A DNA stretch of 64,000 nucleotides from positions 12,502,676-12,566,675 of the forward strand of contig NC_068987.1 of the NCBI RefSeq assembly GCF_001194135.2, given 5' to 3'. The position numbers and the translations under genes are program-made. The stretch comes from Octopus bimaculoides (Eukaryota). The notes below the pieces were generated by a model. The model made no database searches, was not told where the DNA came from, and worked only from the letters and a program-made list of their open reading frames with translations. Shown here in pieces: positions 54,301-63,752 of this stretch. Numbering within the stretch: the first letter of the stretch is position 1; each line of letters opens with the position of its first letter.

Positions 54301-57300
54301 TATGAAGACACCAGGAATAGGTACTCTTAAATGGCCGGCTGATTCATGAGATGTAGTCATTAGCTTCTGTTACTTATGAGATGTAATTAGGTGGGGAGGT
54401 GGCTGTTCAGAAAGTATAGTAGCCAAGGTGAGAACAGGCTAGAAAAATTTCAAGGGGCTATCGCTACAACTGGCAACAAGAACAGATTATGTGACACTTG
54501 TGTTAGAACTGAGATGCTGTATGGTAGTAAGATCTCAGTATGAGCTTTGAATGTAGAAGACTTGCAAAAACAGGAAAGAAATGAAGCCTGCATCTTTAAT
54601 ATGCTTGGCATTGTAAACATAACTTTTGCAAGATAGTACAATAGAATACTGTGTATATATATTTAAAATTTAATACTTCATAACTTACCAACAATAGTGA
54701 CATTTACACTAACTGTATCAAATCCTTTCTCATTTGACAGAGTGATGTTGTATTTTCCAGCATCTGTCATTTCTGCTTTCCTATTAACCATAACAATTTG
54801 ATCAGGACTGGAGTTTATCTTCACTCGAGGATCATCAGCTACTGAAGCTTTTCCCTTAATAAAACAACAAAATAGTATTATTTCTAAAGTTTGTTTAAAA
54901 AGATAAACATTCTTATATATAGCTAATTATGAATATTTAGCCATAATTAGTTTTATAGCTTATCAAGGTATAATTTCAGTAGACATTATTTTTCTTGTTT
55001 ATTTTAAAACAAATATTTTCATGTATATTTTAATATTAAATGAAATCATATGAATATAATCTTTTATTTATGTCATAAAAATGTTGAAACTTAGAGAGAA
55101 TGTGAAATAATTTGTTATTTTGATGATGAAACTCAAAGTAGATAAAGCTACAAATAATAACATGTAAATACTGGGTAACAAAATCCTTTTGGATAGAAAA
55201 ACTTGAAGGCTGCTCATTGGATATGAACAGACATTTTTGATTTCTTCTATCCAAAATGGTTTGTTTAGCCCATTATTTATAGACTGTGATTTTTTAAACA
55301 TTATTACATATAAAATATATGATTATATTTTTGAAATGCTCCAATCATTTAAATACTTTTTTTAATATCCTAATTCATAAACTGACTCTATAAATGATAT
55401 TAATTAAAAATTGCATTTTAAAATGATTTGTTAAAAAAAAAAAATGTCTGATTTCAGAACCAAATTAATTGTTTTGATTGTATTTTTGAATGTTATTAAA
55501 GATGGAATGGTGTAAATAGGCTTACCAGTTTCCATGTTGAGTCTGGAATTGGATTTCCAGTGAAAGGAATAACGATTTTAAATTCTTCTCCCAAAATGGC
55601 TGTGACATCTCTGGTCAGATAATCAAAGTTGATCTTGGGAGCCACTATAAAAATAATTTAGATTATAAATATAAAGTTTATTAAAAGAGATTATTAAAAC
55701 TATGAATATGAATTATTAAAAAATTATTGAAATTATAATTCTATCAATCCATTCATCTTCCCTGCTAAGCATTCCCAGGAAAGTTGTGGAGTTTGAGTCT
55801 CCAAGCGCCTCCTCCATAGGGACCTATCAACTGGATCCCCATGTGTGACCATCTGAGACCATAGATATTATACAAACATCTCAATCTTGGTTTATGCTTA
55901 GATCTCCTGCTGGTTGGCTCAGCTTAAAGAATTTAAGGGGCAAGTGAAATCGAAATCGAACCATATTCTATGACTGGCACCTGTGCCAGTGGAGCACTAA
56001 CAGCACTGTCCAAGCGTGTTCATTGCCAGAGTAGCTGTCTGGCTTCCGTGCTAGTGGCACGTAAATAGCACCATTTGAGCGTAATCATTACCAGCGTTGC
56101 CTTCTAGCACTTGTGCTGTGATGGCACGGTAGAAAATCATTTGAGCAAAGTCATTGCCAGTGCTGCTGGACTGGCTCCTGTGCAGGTGGCACGTAAAAAA
56201 CACCATTTAAGCATGGCTGTTGCCAGTACCGCCTGACTGGCCTGCATGCCGGTGGCATGTAAAAGCACTCACTATACTCTCAGAGTGGTTGGCATTAGGA
56301 AGGGCATCCAGCCGTAGAAACTCTGCCAAATCAGATTGGATCCTGGGGTAGCCATCTGGTTCGCCAGTCCTCAGTCAAATCGTCCAACCCATGCTAGCAT
56401 GGAAAGTGGATGTTAAACGATGATGGTGATGATGATAATGTCCAAAAATCTGTAGAGAATTACCTGGTGGAGGACGTGCTTTGATAGCTTCTGAGCATTC
56501 ACTAAATTGACCTGGTCCAGCAGCATTAACTGCACACACTCGAAATTCATAGTCTTTTCCTTCAGTCAAACCACGAACAGTGAATTCTTCTTCAGGAATC
56601 TCACTATGATTAGCTCTAGAATTAGGGGGAAAAAAATGAAATTATTTAGCAACATACTCAGTATAAAGAAAATTAACTTTGAAGACAAAATAGTAAAAAT
56701 AAGAAAAAGATTTATTGAATGACAGATTTTTTAAGCATGTAGTGTTTCCTAGTGGACAGTTAATACAAAAAAGATAATAATTTTTTTTTCATAATATTTG
56801 GCAGGATTAGAACTTCAAACTTAAATATAAGGAATAAGGAAAAAGAGGCATTGAATAGACATTTAAGTTTTTTTGTTTTGTTTTTGTGTACTTATGAATT
56901 TCTTAAAATTTCTAGTCAGGGTAACCATGTATAGCAATTTTTCATTCTTTTTAGATATCATCTGCATGTCATAACTCAAGGTACATTAATTAAACATTCC
57001 TTATAGATAGAAAATAATTAGTGGATCCAAAATGAATTCAAAACTAGATCTAAAGTTCGATAGTTAGAGAGCTTCTCATTCTACAGTAGACTTTTTTATT
57101 GTTTGAATAATAATGTAAAAATGTGAAAGCACAATTACTTTGTCCATTTGGTGTCACCCTTCTCCCTCTTTTCAATAATGTAGCCAAAGAGAGGACTACC
57201 ACCATCTTTCTTTGGTGGATTCCACTGCAATGTAATGGAATCTTCAGTTGTTGAAACACATTTTGGAACTCCGGGAGTGCTTGGAGGATCTGAAAAAGTT

Positions 57301-58636
57301 AAATTATATTTTCAGTATTTTTAAAGCAGAAACCAGATTTGTGTCTCTAAAGACATATTATTCCTTACCTGAAAAACAGATAAGGGTTAGTGACAGGAAA
57401 AGCATTTAGTTGTTAGGCAATGTCTCAATAATATATCATTCTAATCCTTGATAGCATGGAAAGACAAATATAAAAATTGAAAATGAATTAAATTCCCTAC
57501 ACAAAACAATCCTGATAAACACTACTTATAACAAACCTAATCATTCCCACCAAACCTCTAACCATTCCCACCAAACCTCTAACCATTCCCACCAACATAA
57601 CTTCCATATGCCCAATAGTAGAATAAGTAATTAATTTTTTTATATTATTTTGTCCTACACAAATAATAAAAGTTAATAACTCCCTGCGCACACCTAAACA
57701 AACAACAATCAATATAATTATATAACTACTACCTAAAAACTTAACCCTACAAATCGTATGACCCCTTAAACCCCACCTCCCAATCTTAATAATACACTAA
57801 CCAAAATGATTGATCCTGGAATAGGAGAAAGACAATTTCATTATAAATTTCTCTGCCTTCATAAAGGGAAAACTGGCACTCTGTTGCTAATGATGAGAGG
57901 GGTTCCAGTTGACCCAATCAGTGGAACAGCCTGCTTGTGAGATTTATGTGCAAGTGGTTGAGTACTCCACAGACATGTGTATCTTTAACATAGTTCTCAG
58001 GGAGATTCAGCAAGAATGTGATAAGGCCGGCCCTTTGAAATACAGGTACTACTAAGTTTTGCCAGCTTAGTGGACTGGAACAACATGAAATAAAGTGTCT
58101 TGCTCAAGGACACAACATGTCATCAGGAATTGAACTCAGGACCTTACAATCGTGAGCCAAATGCCCTAATCACTAAGCCGCATGCTTTCACTAAAGGACA
58201 AATCTTGTAAACGGAATTAAATTAAATTAATGAACTTACCATAAGGAAGTTTAGCCAAGACTGCTTCATCTGTTTCCAGGGCATCACTGACACCTTGGTC
58301 GTTTTCAGCCATGACTCTGAAATCATATTCACAGCCTGGTTCAAGATTGCGAACAGTGAACTTTGGAGCGTTAATAAAGCTGCTACATTTTGTCCATCTG
58401 TTTGTACCAGTCTTTTTCTTCTCCAAAATATAGTTGTTAATAGGGTTGCCGCCATCGTCCTTTGGTGGTTGCCATTGAAGCATTAGGGATTCACCATCAA
58501 TATCAGTGGCAATGAATGGTCCATTTGGAGCTGTAGGTCGGTCTAGAAATTATCAAAAAAAATTCATTTAATGAAGTGGTTGTATCTTTTATGTCAATCA
58601 TTTTAATAAATAGATCTTAAATCAAATCACATCTGA

Positions 58637-58685
<49 letters not shown>

Positions 58686-60185
58686 CGTGCATGTATTTGT
58701 GCTTCTTTGACACAAAATTGCATGGTAGGTTAGAAATGAATGTTTGTTTCCAACCCTCTACGAAGTCATATCTGGCCAAGAGGGAATATTACTCTGCTTG
58801 AAAATAGATGAGGGTTAAAGACTAGAATGGCATCTGACCATAGAAAATCTGCCCAACAAATTCCATTTGACTAAGGCCAGCATGGAAAAATTGGGCTCTT
58901 AAAATGATGATAATGATGATGAATGCTTCAAACATACTTTTAGCATGAGTAGTTGATTAAGAGTTCATTTTAATAGTGACTTACCAAGTACATTGACTTT
59001 CACACTGACGGAATCAGAACCTGATGCGTTCTTCAAATTCAAAGTATATCGACCTGCATCATTTCTTGTGGCCTTTACTGTTTCTAATTCAGCAGAATTT
59101 TTGGTTGTCTAAAATATATAGAAGTAGTTTTAGGTATAATTTTCTCCCAATGAAAAAAAAAAAGAATTAATTAAATTTATAGGAAACAAATTGTGTTCTG
59201 CATGAATCTGCAAATTGCAATCCATTTCGAATATAATGCATATTAAACCAGAAAATTTACCTTCATATCTGTACGAGTGTTTTCTTTGACTGGTTCACCA
59301 TCTCTCATCCATGTTGTAGTTGGTTTTGGAACTCCAGTAAATGGAATGGCCAGTTTGAAATCTTGTCCTGCTTTCACAGTTATGTCTTTAATACCTGATA
59401 GATCGATTGTTGGTTTTTCTAAAAGAAATTAAAAATTAAGAACATATATAAACTTCTGATAATTTTGGGAATTAAAACTTTGATATAGATAATATATTAA
59501 GAAGTAAAATACATTACACTAATTTGATCTCAGAACAATCTGAAAATCATTAATTGTCAAATTTTCTAGCATGTAAGTAAAATTTTTCAGACCAAAATTT
59601 CCAGCTCCAAAAAGTTAGGTTCACTTTATATACCTAAAGAACTTTAGAGGAATAAAAATTCCATGCAAAGAGAAGCAACATTTGGAAACATAGTGATGAT
59701 GTCCAAATGATTACACTATATTTTTACATTATATACTACATTATATACTCCAGTACACTACTGGTACTTAATTTATCAACCCCAAAAGGATGAAAGGCGA
59801 AGTCGATCTCGGTGGAATTTGAACTCAGAACATTAAAGACAGATGAAATACCGCTAAGCATTTCGCCTGGTATGCTAACGTTTCTGCCAGCTCACCGCCT
59901 TATTTATTTATTTATTTTATTTATCTTTTATTTATTTCTATCATTGAATTGTGGCCATTCATGAACAGTGCTCTCAATTTTTAATTGATCGTAACAATCT
60001 GAATATTTATTTCAGTCTCATATATAGTTTATTGATCTCTTTTTATTGAATGGTCATGGTTTATCCTTTCATCATAAAGTGATATGGTTTGGCACATCAG
60101 TTCACACTAGTATAAAAATACAAACACTGTCGCATTCATTCAGATACACACACACATCTACTTATACATACATACATATAAAATA

Positions 60186-60242
<57 letters not shown>

Positions 60243-62914
60243 ACATGTTAGGCTTTCACACAGCTGACTACCAAATTTTGTTCATGAGATATTTGTGAAC
60301 CTGAGTCCACAGTAAAAGACACTTGCCCAAGGTATCACACAGTAGAATTATATCTAGAACTGTACGGCTCCAAAGCAGACACCTTAACCACATGACTAAC
60401 ACCTGCGTCTATATCAAAATATATTTTATAAAAATCCCACTATATGTGCAAGTGGCTGAGTAGATCCGTAAATGATCCGTAGATCATTGAGATAACCATC
60501 AGAATATTTAATTATTTATAACATTTATATTATTTGTACCTGGTTGATCTTCAATCACAACTGCTTGTGTTGGTTTACTTGGTTCTCCTGGACCTGCTGC
60601 ATTTTCAGCAATAACTCTAAACTGCATCTCTTCTCCTTCAGGTAATTTAGTTACTGTGAAGCTAGTACCATCTACTGGAGCACGAGTACATGGCACCCAT
60701 TTACCATCCTTTCCTTTCTTTTCAACTGTATAACCAATGATTTTACTTCCGCCATCATTTTTAGGTGGTGTCCAAGACAAAGTGACAGAATCCTTAGTGA
60801 TTTTATCAAGACTAGGAGAGCTTGGAGAGCCAGCTGGGACTATAAAATTGAAATAAAATACATTCAAAATATAAATAATATAAAACTTTTTTTTTTATGC
60901 GTTTGTTGCTCTTATTGACATATGAAAATATATTGGCAATATTACTACAGTCTTATTATATATTACTTAAATAAATTTAGATATAGAAATAAATAAATAT
61001 AGATTTATAAATGAATATAAATTTAGATTTAGAAATAAATAAACATATTACTTTCCATTGCTCAGAACTGTGACCTAGTCACCTATGACATTGCTTATTT
61101 GAATTATCCAAAATTGTTTTTTGAGCATTTACAAAGGATACTTACAAACTGGATCTCTAACTAAGTGAGGTGGTGTTGTTTTACTGGGTTTTCCTGGACC
61201 TGCGTCATTAACAGCAGAAACTCTGAACTCAACATCTTGACCTTCAGTTAAGTTCAGTACAGTGAAATTTGTGTCTGGGGTTGGGAAGACACAAGCTTTA
61301 ACCCAATCTTTATCCTTCCTTTCTTTCTTCTCAACAATGTAACCTAAAATGAAAATGTAAATGACGACATTAAACCAAATGCTTGTATTTAGATTGTCAA
61401 TTGTATTATAAGTTTTCTGTGAATATAAAACAATGCAATTACCATAGTTGAGAGCATAAAAGACACAGGAGTATTTTAGATGATCTCCAGTTTCAGCAGC
61501 ACATATTCAGAAAAATGCTTTTAAGGCACTAAAGCTTAGGGAAGGCCCAACTTCAAATATAGGACTCAAAGTGATTTTTCAGAGACATTGGTGGGGGGGG
61601 CACAAAAAAGGGGGGTTATTTGTATGCCTTCAAATACAGTAATTACAGTAAACTGAATTAATCCAAATAAATAGAATCAATACATAATCTCACAAAATCT
61701 GATAAATAATAGGATTAATATTTGTAAGGTCTCTTCACCTTTGATTGGATTTCCACCATCTGAAGAAGGTGCTTTCCATTTCAAGGAACATGAGGAACGA
61801 TCGAATTTTGTGATTTCGACTCCATGTGGGGCATCTGGTGCATCTGTATTAGAGAAGAGTTATGTTAGAATTTTCATAGAATAAACCATATTATTACTTT
61901 TTTTCATATTAAAGATTACATGAATAAATTTATACACACACACACACACACATTTATATATATATTAATTGTCTGATACAGCACCCGGAATAATCTTTTC
62001 CCATACATTTTTCTATATTAATATATCCATACTACCAGGTATACGAATGTATAATATAATAATTCTTAAATATTATGATATTCATACAAGATGTATATTT
62101 ATACACTGAATCCACTATTTTTACCATGACACCATGATGTTATGAACAATGCTTTTCTTTTTTAGAGTAAATGATTGGAAATGATTGTGCTGGTTTGGTC
62201 ACGTGATGCTTATGGATGAGGGCAGCTGTGTAAAGAAGTGTCAATCTCTAATTGTGGAAGAAACCTGTGAAAGAGGTAGATCCAGGAAGACAGGGGATGA
62301 GGTGGTGAAGCATGATCTTTGAACATTGGGCCTCACGGAGGCAATGACAAATGACCAAGACCTTTGGCGATATACTGTGTTTGAGAAGACCTGTTAAGCC
62401 AAGCGAAATTGTAGTCATGGCCGATGCAAGTGTCATGTAACTGGCACCCATGCTAGTGGCACATAAAAAGCACCCATTACACTCTTGGAGTGGTTAGCAT
62501 TAGGAAGGGCATCAAGTCATAGAAACTATGCCAAATAAGACTGGAACTTAGTGCAACCCTCCAGCTTACCGGTTTCAGTCAAACCATCTAACCCATGCCA
62601 GCATGAAAAGCAGATGCTAAATAATTATGATGATGATAATAATGATGATTAATAATTACTTTTCTGAGCTTATTTTTATTTCAGAATTAAAATAATTTTA
62701 CAAAATAATAATATAAACTTACCAAATGGATTCTTTGCAACAACCTTTTTGCTGACCAGAGGCTCACTAACACCATACATGTTTTCAGCTTTTACACGGA
62801 ACTGATAAGATTTTCCATCTTTCAGCCCTTTGACTGTATGAGATGTTCCTGCAATTAAACCAGGAACTTTTTCCCAGAAATTGGAGCCTTCTTCACATTT
62901 CTCTAAAATGTAAC
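330..62914 (-). CDS. unc-22: Twitchin (giant muscle kinase, unc-22/projectin family), 3' part; 42 exons, 6515 nt, open at both window edges
   Basis: All exons have GT-AG ends and compatible phases. Domain order: Fn(partial)-Fn-Fn-Ig-Fn-Fn-Ig-Fn-Fn-Fn-Ig-Ig-Fn-Fn-Ig-Ig-Fn-NL-kinase-CRD-Ig-linker-Ig(partial). The kinase and CRD closely resemble Aplysia twitchin kinase as I recall it ([21 protein letters not shown]..., [22 protein letters not shown]...[15 protein letters not shown]). Confidence 0.95.
1993..2044 (-). CDS. unc-22: Twitchin inter-Ig linker exon ([17 protein letters not shown])
   Basis: 52 nt, ttatttcag/gtaatt; phase 1-2 exactly bridges the flanking exons. Confidence 0.85.
3829..4001 (-). 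CDS. unc-22: Twitchin exon, post-kinase Ig C-half ([17 protein letters not shown]...[15 protein letters not shown]...LKVE)
   Basis: 173 nt, phase 2-1. Confidence 0.94.
4560..4677 (-). CDS. unc-22: Twitchin exon, first post-kinase Ig N-half ([40 protein letters not shown])
   Basis: 118 nt, phase 1-2. Confidence 0.94.
5713..5815 (-). CDS. unc-22: Twitchin CRD exon 2 ([34 protein letters not shown])
   Basis: 103 nt, phase 0-1. Confidence 0.95.
7376..7453 (-). CDS. unc-22: Twitchin CRD exon 1 ([26 protein letters not shown]), autoinhibitory tail
   Basis: 78 nt, phase 0-0, cttgttatag/gtaagt; near-identical to the Aplysia CRD as recalled. Confidence 0.95.
10184..10378 (-). CDS. Candidate alternative exon with six 15-nt repeats, between kinase core and CRD
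   Basis: 195 nt, open only in phase 0; acceptor gtgtttttcaaag, donor CTT|gtaagt. Confidence 0.5.
10663..11115. other. Assembly gap; others at 2224-2423, 3359-3607, 12072-12081, 12597-12901, 16164-16659, 45450-45459, 45633-45642
   Basis: N runs, mostly flanked by (TA)n. Confidence 0.99.
12100..12530. repeat. Long imperfect inverted repeat (MITE/foldback-like)
   Basis: Arms 12100-12288 and 12317-12530 are reverse complements around a 28-nt spacer; flanked by (TA)n. Confidence 0.9.
13160..13435. promoter_or_regulatory. Candidate enhancer or internal promoter motif cluster
   Basis: TGACGTCA 13166-13173, CAGGTG 13215-13220, TGAGTCA 13219-13225, CAGCTG 13343-13348 and 13416-13421, GTAAATA 13427-13433. 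Confidence 0.3.
15030..15520. repeat. Compound (TA)/(TG)/(CA) microsatellite
   Basis: Dinucleotide low complexity; source of spurious YI-rich ORFs. Confidence 0.95.
15964..16128 (+). mobile_element. SINE family B 5' part, running into (TA)n and a gap
   Basis: ggtgcaggagtggctgtgtgg..ggttcagtcccactg..gtgagtggatttggtagac. Confidence 0.8.
18629..18667 (-). CDS. Candidate alternative cassette exon ([13 protein letters not shown]) between kinase core and CRD
   Basis: 39 nt, phase 0-0, open; acceptor gtttttcactttttccag, donor AAG|gtatag, purine-rich body. Confidence 0.55.
20003..20215 (-). mobile_element. SINE family A copy
   Basis: Reverse complement of the family A consensus. Confidence 0.8.
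21350..23760 (+). mobile_element. Heavily decayed LINE (CR1/L2-group-like RT and C-terminal region)
   Basis: Fragmentary motifs across frames (SISDLL, SGVP, LHIWDGA) and strand-asymmetric composition; many stops. Confidence 0.45.
27300..28200 (-). mobile_element. Possible decayed LINE remnant
   Basis: Compositionally distinct, G/T-skewed on the minus strand; no intact motif. Confidence 0.25.
28483..28542 (-). CDS. Candidate alternative cassette exon ([20 protein letters not shown])
   Basis: 60 nt, phase 0-0, open; acceptor tttttctag, weak donor TGG|gtattc. Confidence 0.3.
30827..30872 (-). CDS. unc-22: Twitchin kinase core, last exon ([15 protein letters not shown])
   Basis: 46 nt, phase 2-0, donor gtaggt. 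Confidence 0.94.
31411..31563 (-). CDS. unc-22: Twitchin kinase exon ([50 protein letters not shown])
   Basis: 153 nt, phase 2-2. Confidence 0.96.
31738..32215 (-). mobile_element. Repeat family C, reverse orientation; further copies at about 43318-43620, 45500-45950 and 53290-53460
   Basis: (CAT)n followed by cgtttaacgtc..ctggatgcccttcctaacgccaaccac. Confidence 0.8.
32373..32572 (-). CDS. unc-22: Twitchin kinase exon (PENIMC...[30 protein letters not shown]...[11 protein letters not shown])
   Basis: 200 nt, phase 0-2; DFG and APE intact. Confidence 0.96.
33606..33747 (-). CDS. unc-22: Twitchin kinase exon ([47 protein letters not shown])
   Basis: 142 nt, phase 2-0; HLD catalytic loop. Confidence 0.96.
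34418..34621 (-). CDS. unc-22: Twitchin kinase exon, subdomains I-V ([10 protein letters not shown]...[17 protein letters not shown]...EMVLIFE)
   Basis: 204 nt, phase 2-2; Gly loop, catalytic Lys and helix-C Glu intact. Confidence 0.96.
34930..35240 (+). mobile_element. Short RTE-like non-autonomous element remnant
   Basis: GC-richer patch; gatcctggaagctatgccagc start and gtcgatggtctacgtttcacagg end resemble RTE UTR ends as recalled. Confidence 0.35.
35312..35405 (-). CDS. unc-22: Twitchin exon, linker end and kinase start ([31 protein letters not shown])
   Basis: 94 nt, phase 1-2. Confidence 0.95.
36475..36540 (-). CDS. unc-22: Twitchin exon, kinase N-terminal linker ([22 protein letters not shown])
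   Basis: 66 nt, phase 1-1; INDYDKF as in molluscan twitchin kinase. Confidence 0.92.
36649..36806 (-). CDS. unc-22: Twitchin exon, Fn3 C-half and start of N-terminal linker (MSFHNITGL...YGRSDPC...VKKKKQRE)
   Basis: 158 nt, phase 2-1. Confidence 0.94.
37940..38105 (-). CDS. unc-22: Twitchin exon, N-half of the last pre-kinase Fn3 ([32 protein letters not shown]...CASTR)
   Basis: 166 nt, phase 1-2. Confidence 0.94.
38794..39078 (-). CDS. unc-22: Twitchin exon, complete Ig ([13 protein letters not shown]...[14 protein letters not shown]...[14 protein letters not shown]...IQIN)
   Basis: 285 nt, phase 1-1. Confidence 0.95.
39836..40035 (+). mobile_element. SINE family A copy
   Basis: Same head and core as 46883-47110. 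Confidence 0.8.
40210..40382 (-). CDS. unc-22: Twitchin exon, Ig C-half ([26 protein letters not shown]...[14 protein letters not shown]...LEIK)
   Basis: 173 nt, phase 2-1. Confidence 0.93.
40503..40880 (-). mobile_element. SINE family B, full length with internal (CA)n
   Basis: Head ggagtggctgtgtgg..ttcagtcccactg, tail ..gctccagcatggcc..gtcaaatgactgaaac. Partial copies at about 24372-24487, 30925-31057, 43866-43978, 44498-44668, 45240-45449, 45975-46135 and 60250-60410. Confidence 0.85.
40905..41205 (+). mobile_element. SINE family F; opposite-strand copies at about 2445-2825 and 57880-58195, related element at about 47300-47700
   Basis: Shared ttgagcaagacactttatttc..tacctgtatttcaaagggcc..gtctgtggagt..cagccacttgca block. 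Confidence 0.8.
41791..41902 (-). CDS. unc-22: Twitchin exon, Ig N-half ([38 protein letters not shown])
   Basis: 112 nt, phase 1-2; weak donor gttggt. Confidence 0.91.
42315..42570. repeat. Two (ATT)n tracts; other (AAT/ATT)n at about 7292-7356, 48295-48340 and 63700-63752
   Basis: Trinucleotide runs. Confidence 0.95.
42863..43165 (-). CDS. unc-22: Twitchin exon, complete Fn3 ([26 protein letters not shown]...KVKDPK)
   Basis: 303 nt, phase 1-1; ORF 42837-43184. Confidence 0.95.
44082..44211 (-). CDS. unc-22: Twitchin exon, Fn3 C-part ([30 protein letters not shown]...AKMPF)
   Basis: 130 nt, phase 0-1. Confidence 0.93.
44840..45012 (-). CDS. unc-22: Twitchin exon, Fn3 N-part ([42 protein letters not shown]...SACK)
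   Basis: 173 nt, phase 1-0. Confidence 0.94.
46231..46320 (-). CDS. unc-22: Twitchin exon, Ig C-part ([30 protein letters not shown])
   Basis: 90 nt, phase 1-1. Confidence 0.92.
46564..46752 (-). CDS. unc-22: Twitchin exon, Ig N-part ([32 protein letters not shown]...VVVLK)
   Basis: 189 nt, phase 1-1. Confidence 0.94.
46883..47110 (+). mobile_element. tRNA-type SINE family A, near full length
   Basis: A/B-box-like head (gagttcaaattc) and core gactttgcctttcatcctttcgg..taagtaccagt, found about 10 times in the window. Confidence 0.85.
47931..48103 (-). CDS. unc-22: Twitchin exon, Ig C-half ([26 protein letters not shown]...[14 protein letters not shown]...FVVK)
   Basis: 173 nt, phase 2-1. 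Confidence 0.93.
48368..48479 (-). CDS. unc-22: Twitchin exon, Ig N-half ([38 protein letters not shown])
   Basis: 112 nt, phase 1-2. Confidence 0.92.
48607..48804 (-). CDS. unc-22: Twitchin exon, Fn3 C-half ([21 protein letters not shown]...[15 protein letters not shown]...KEKI)
   Basis: 198 nt, phase 1-1. Confidence 0.94.
49307..49411 (-). CDS. unc-22: Twitchin exon, Fn3 N-half ([35 protein letters not shown])
   Basis: 105 nt, phase 1-1. Confidence 0.92.
49525..50045. repeat. 21-bp minisatellite, about 24 units, consensus tactcact(a/g)tatttgcc(c/t)atg
   Basis: Visible periodicity; abuts the donor of exon 50035-50148. Confidence 0.92.
50035..50148 (-). CDS. unc-22: Twitchin exon, Fn3 C-part ([38 protein letters not shown])
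   Basis: 114 nt, phase 1-1, donor gtgagt. Confidence 0.93.
51368..51556 (-). CDS. unc-22: Twitchin exon, Fn3 N-part ([41 protein letters not shown]...TMYT)
   Basis: 189 nt, phase 1-1. Confidence 0.93.
52247..52466 (-). CDS. unc-22: Twitchin exon, Fn3 C-part ([25 protein letters not shown]...[14 protein letters not shown]...HQY)
   Basis: 220 nt, phase 0-1. Confidence 0.94.
53785..53867 (-). CDS. unc-22: Twitchin exon, Fn3 N-part ([28 protein letters not shown])
   Basis: 83 nt, phase 1-0. Confidence 0.93.
54689..54854 (-). CDS. unc-22: Twitchin exon, Ig C-half ([13 protein letters not shown]...[25 protein letters not shown])
   Basis: 166 nt, phase 0-1. Confidence 0.92.
55526..55644 (-). CDS. 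unc-22: Twitchin exon, Ig N-half ([40 protein letters not shown])
   Basis: 119 nt, phase 1-0. Confidence 0.93.
55965..56440 (+). mobile_element. Repeat family C (LINE-tail-type SINE ending in (GAT)n); same-strand copies at about 50975-51182 and 62230-62640
   Basis: ggttggc(a/g)ttaggaagggcatccagc..aacccatgctagcatggaaag..gttaaacgatgatg. Confidence 0.8.
56464..56615 (-). CDS. unc-22: Twitchin exon, Fn3 C-half ([35 protein letters not shown]...RPPP)
   Basis: 152 nt, phase 2-1. Confidence 0.93.
57139..57289 (-). CDS. unc-22: Twitchin exon, Fn3 N-half ([50 protein letters not shown])
   Basis: 151 nt, phase 1-2. Confidence 0.92.
57533..57596. repeat. 21-bp tandem repeat, 3 copies (caaacctctaaccattcccac)
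   Basis: Direct inspection. Confidence 0.8.
58240..58542 (-). CDS. unc-22: Twitchin exon, complete Fn3 ([10 protein letters not shown]...[19 protein letters not shown]...AKLPY)
   Basis: 303 nt, phase 1-1; ORF 58217-58483. Confidence 0.95.
58985..59108 (-). CDS. unc-22: Twitchin exon, Ig C-half ([41 protein letters not shown])
   Basis: 124 nt, phase 0-1, DxGxY motif. Confidence 0.93.
59261..59418 (-). CDS. unc-22: Twitchin exon, Ig N-half ([37 protein letters not shown]...DMK)
   Basis: 158 nt, phase 1-0, I-set motif. Confidence 0.93.
59750..59900 (-). mobile_element. SINE family A copy (5' part); further degenerate copies near 7143-7290, 14030-14210 and 39200-39380
   Basis: ggaatttgaactcagaac..gcatttcgcctgg..tctgccagctcaccgcc. 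Confidence 0.75.
60540..60839 (-). CDS. unc-22: Twitchin exon, complete Fn3 ([33 protein letters not shown]...EDQP)
   Basis: 300 nt, phase 1-1; matches ORF 60508-60867. Confidence 0.95.
61146..61343 (-). CDS. unc-22: Twitchin exon, Fn3 C-half ([16 protein letters not shown]...[15 protein letters not shown]...RDPV)
   Basis: 198 nt, phase 1-1, ttttag/gtaagt. Confidence 0.93.
61739..61843 (-). CDS. unc-22: Twitchin exon, Fn3 N-half ([35 protein letters not shown])
   Basis: 105 nt, phase 1-1, tacag/gtgaag. Confidence 0.93.
62723..62914 (-). CDS. unc-22: Twitchin exon, C-terminal half of Fn3 ([17 protein letters not shown]...[14 protein letters not shown]...KNPF)
   Basis: 192 nt, phase 1-1, tttcag acceptor, gtaagt donor, Fn3 motifs. 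Confidence 0.93.
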
Positions 62915-63019
62915 CTGAAATAAAAATTTTAGAGAGGAGATCAGCAAATATTCTTAATAATTTGAGAGATTTGAGGTAGAAAAATTTTTTTATAGTTAAC
63001 TGAAACTATGAGTGATGTT

Positions 63020-63700
63020 TCTAATTTAGGCACAAGGCCAGAAATTTTTAAGGAAGAGAGAGTTAATTAATTACACCAGCCCCTCTACTTGGTTGATACT
63101 TTATTTTATCAACTTAAGAGGGGTGAAAGACAAAATGAACTTTGATGGAATTTGAACTCAAAACGTAAGGAACCAGAACAACTACCACAAGGTTTTTTTG
63201 TTTTTTTTTCTGATGCTCAATAAATTTTGCCAGTCCATCTCAGAAGAAGAATAGTAATAGTAATCTTTTCTACTGTAGGCACAAGGCCTGAAATTTTGGG
63301 GGAGAGGGTAAGTCAATCACATTGACCCTAGATTGGTACTTAATTCTTTGACCCCAAAAGGATGAAAGGCAAAGTCAACCTTAGTGAAATTTGAACTCAG
63401 AATGTAACGACAAACGAAATACCACTAAGCATTTCGCTCAGCATGCTAATGATTCTGCTAGCTTGTCGCCTTAAGAATAATAATAATCTTTTCTACTCTA
63501 GGCACAAGGCCCGAAATGTTTGGGGAGAGGGTCAGTCTATTAGATCGACCCCAGTACACAACTGGTACTTAATTTATCACCCCTGAAACAATGAAATCAA
63601 AGTCAACCTCAGTGGAACTTGAACTCAGAATGTAAAGACAGACAAAATACTACTAAGCATTTCGCCTGGTGTGCTAACGTTTCTGCCAGCTCACCGTCTT
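63020..63700 (-). mobile_element. Three tandem SINE family A copies (about 63020-63240, 63265-63475, 63490-63700)
   Basis: Repeated aggcacaaggcc..gaaattt..ggcaaagtcaacc..gaatttgaactcag blocks. Confidence 0.8.
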
Positions 63701-63701
63701 A

Positions 63702-63752
<51 letters not shown>

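Noticed and set aside
57620-57800. Telomere-like aaccct words (also near 10460-10500 and 37370-37380)
   Set aside because: Scattered and degenerate; not a telomeric array.
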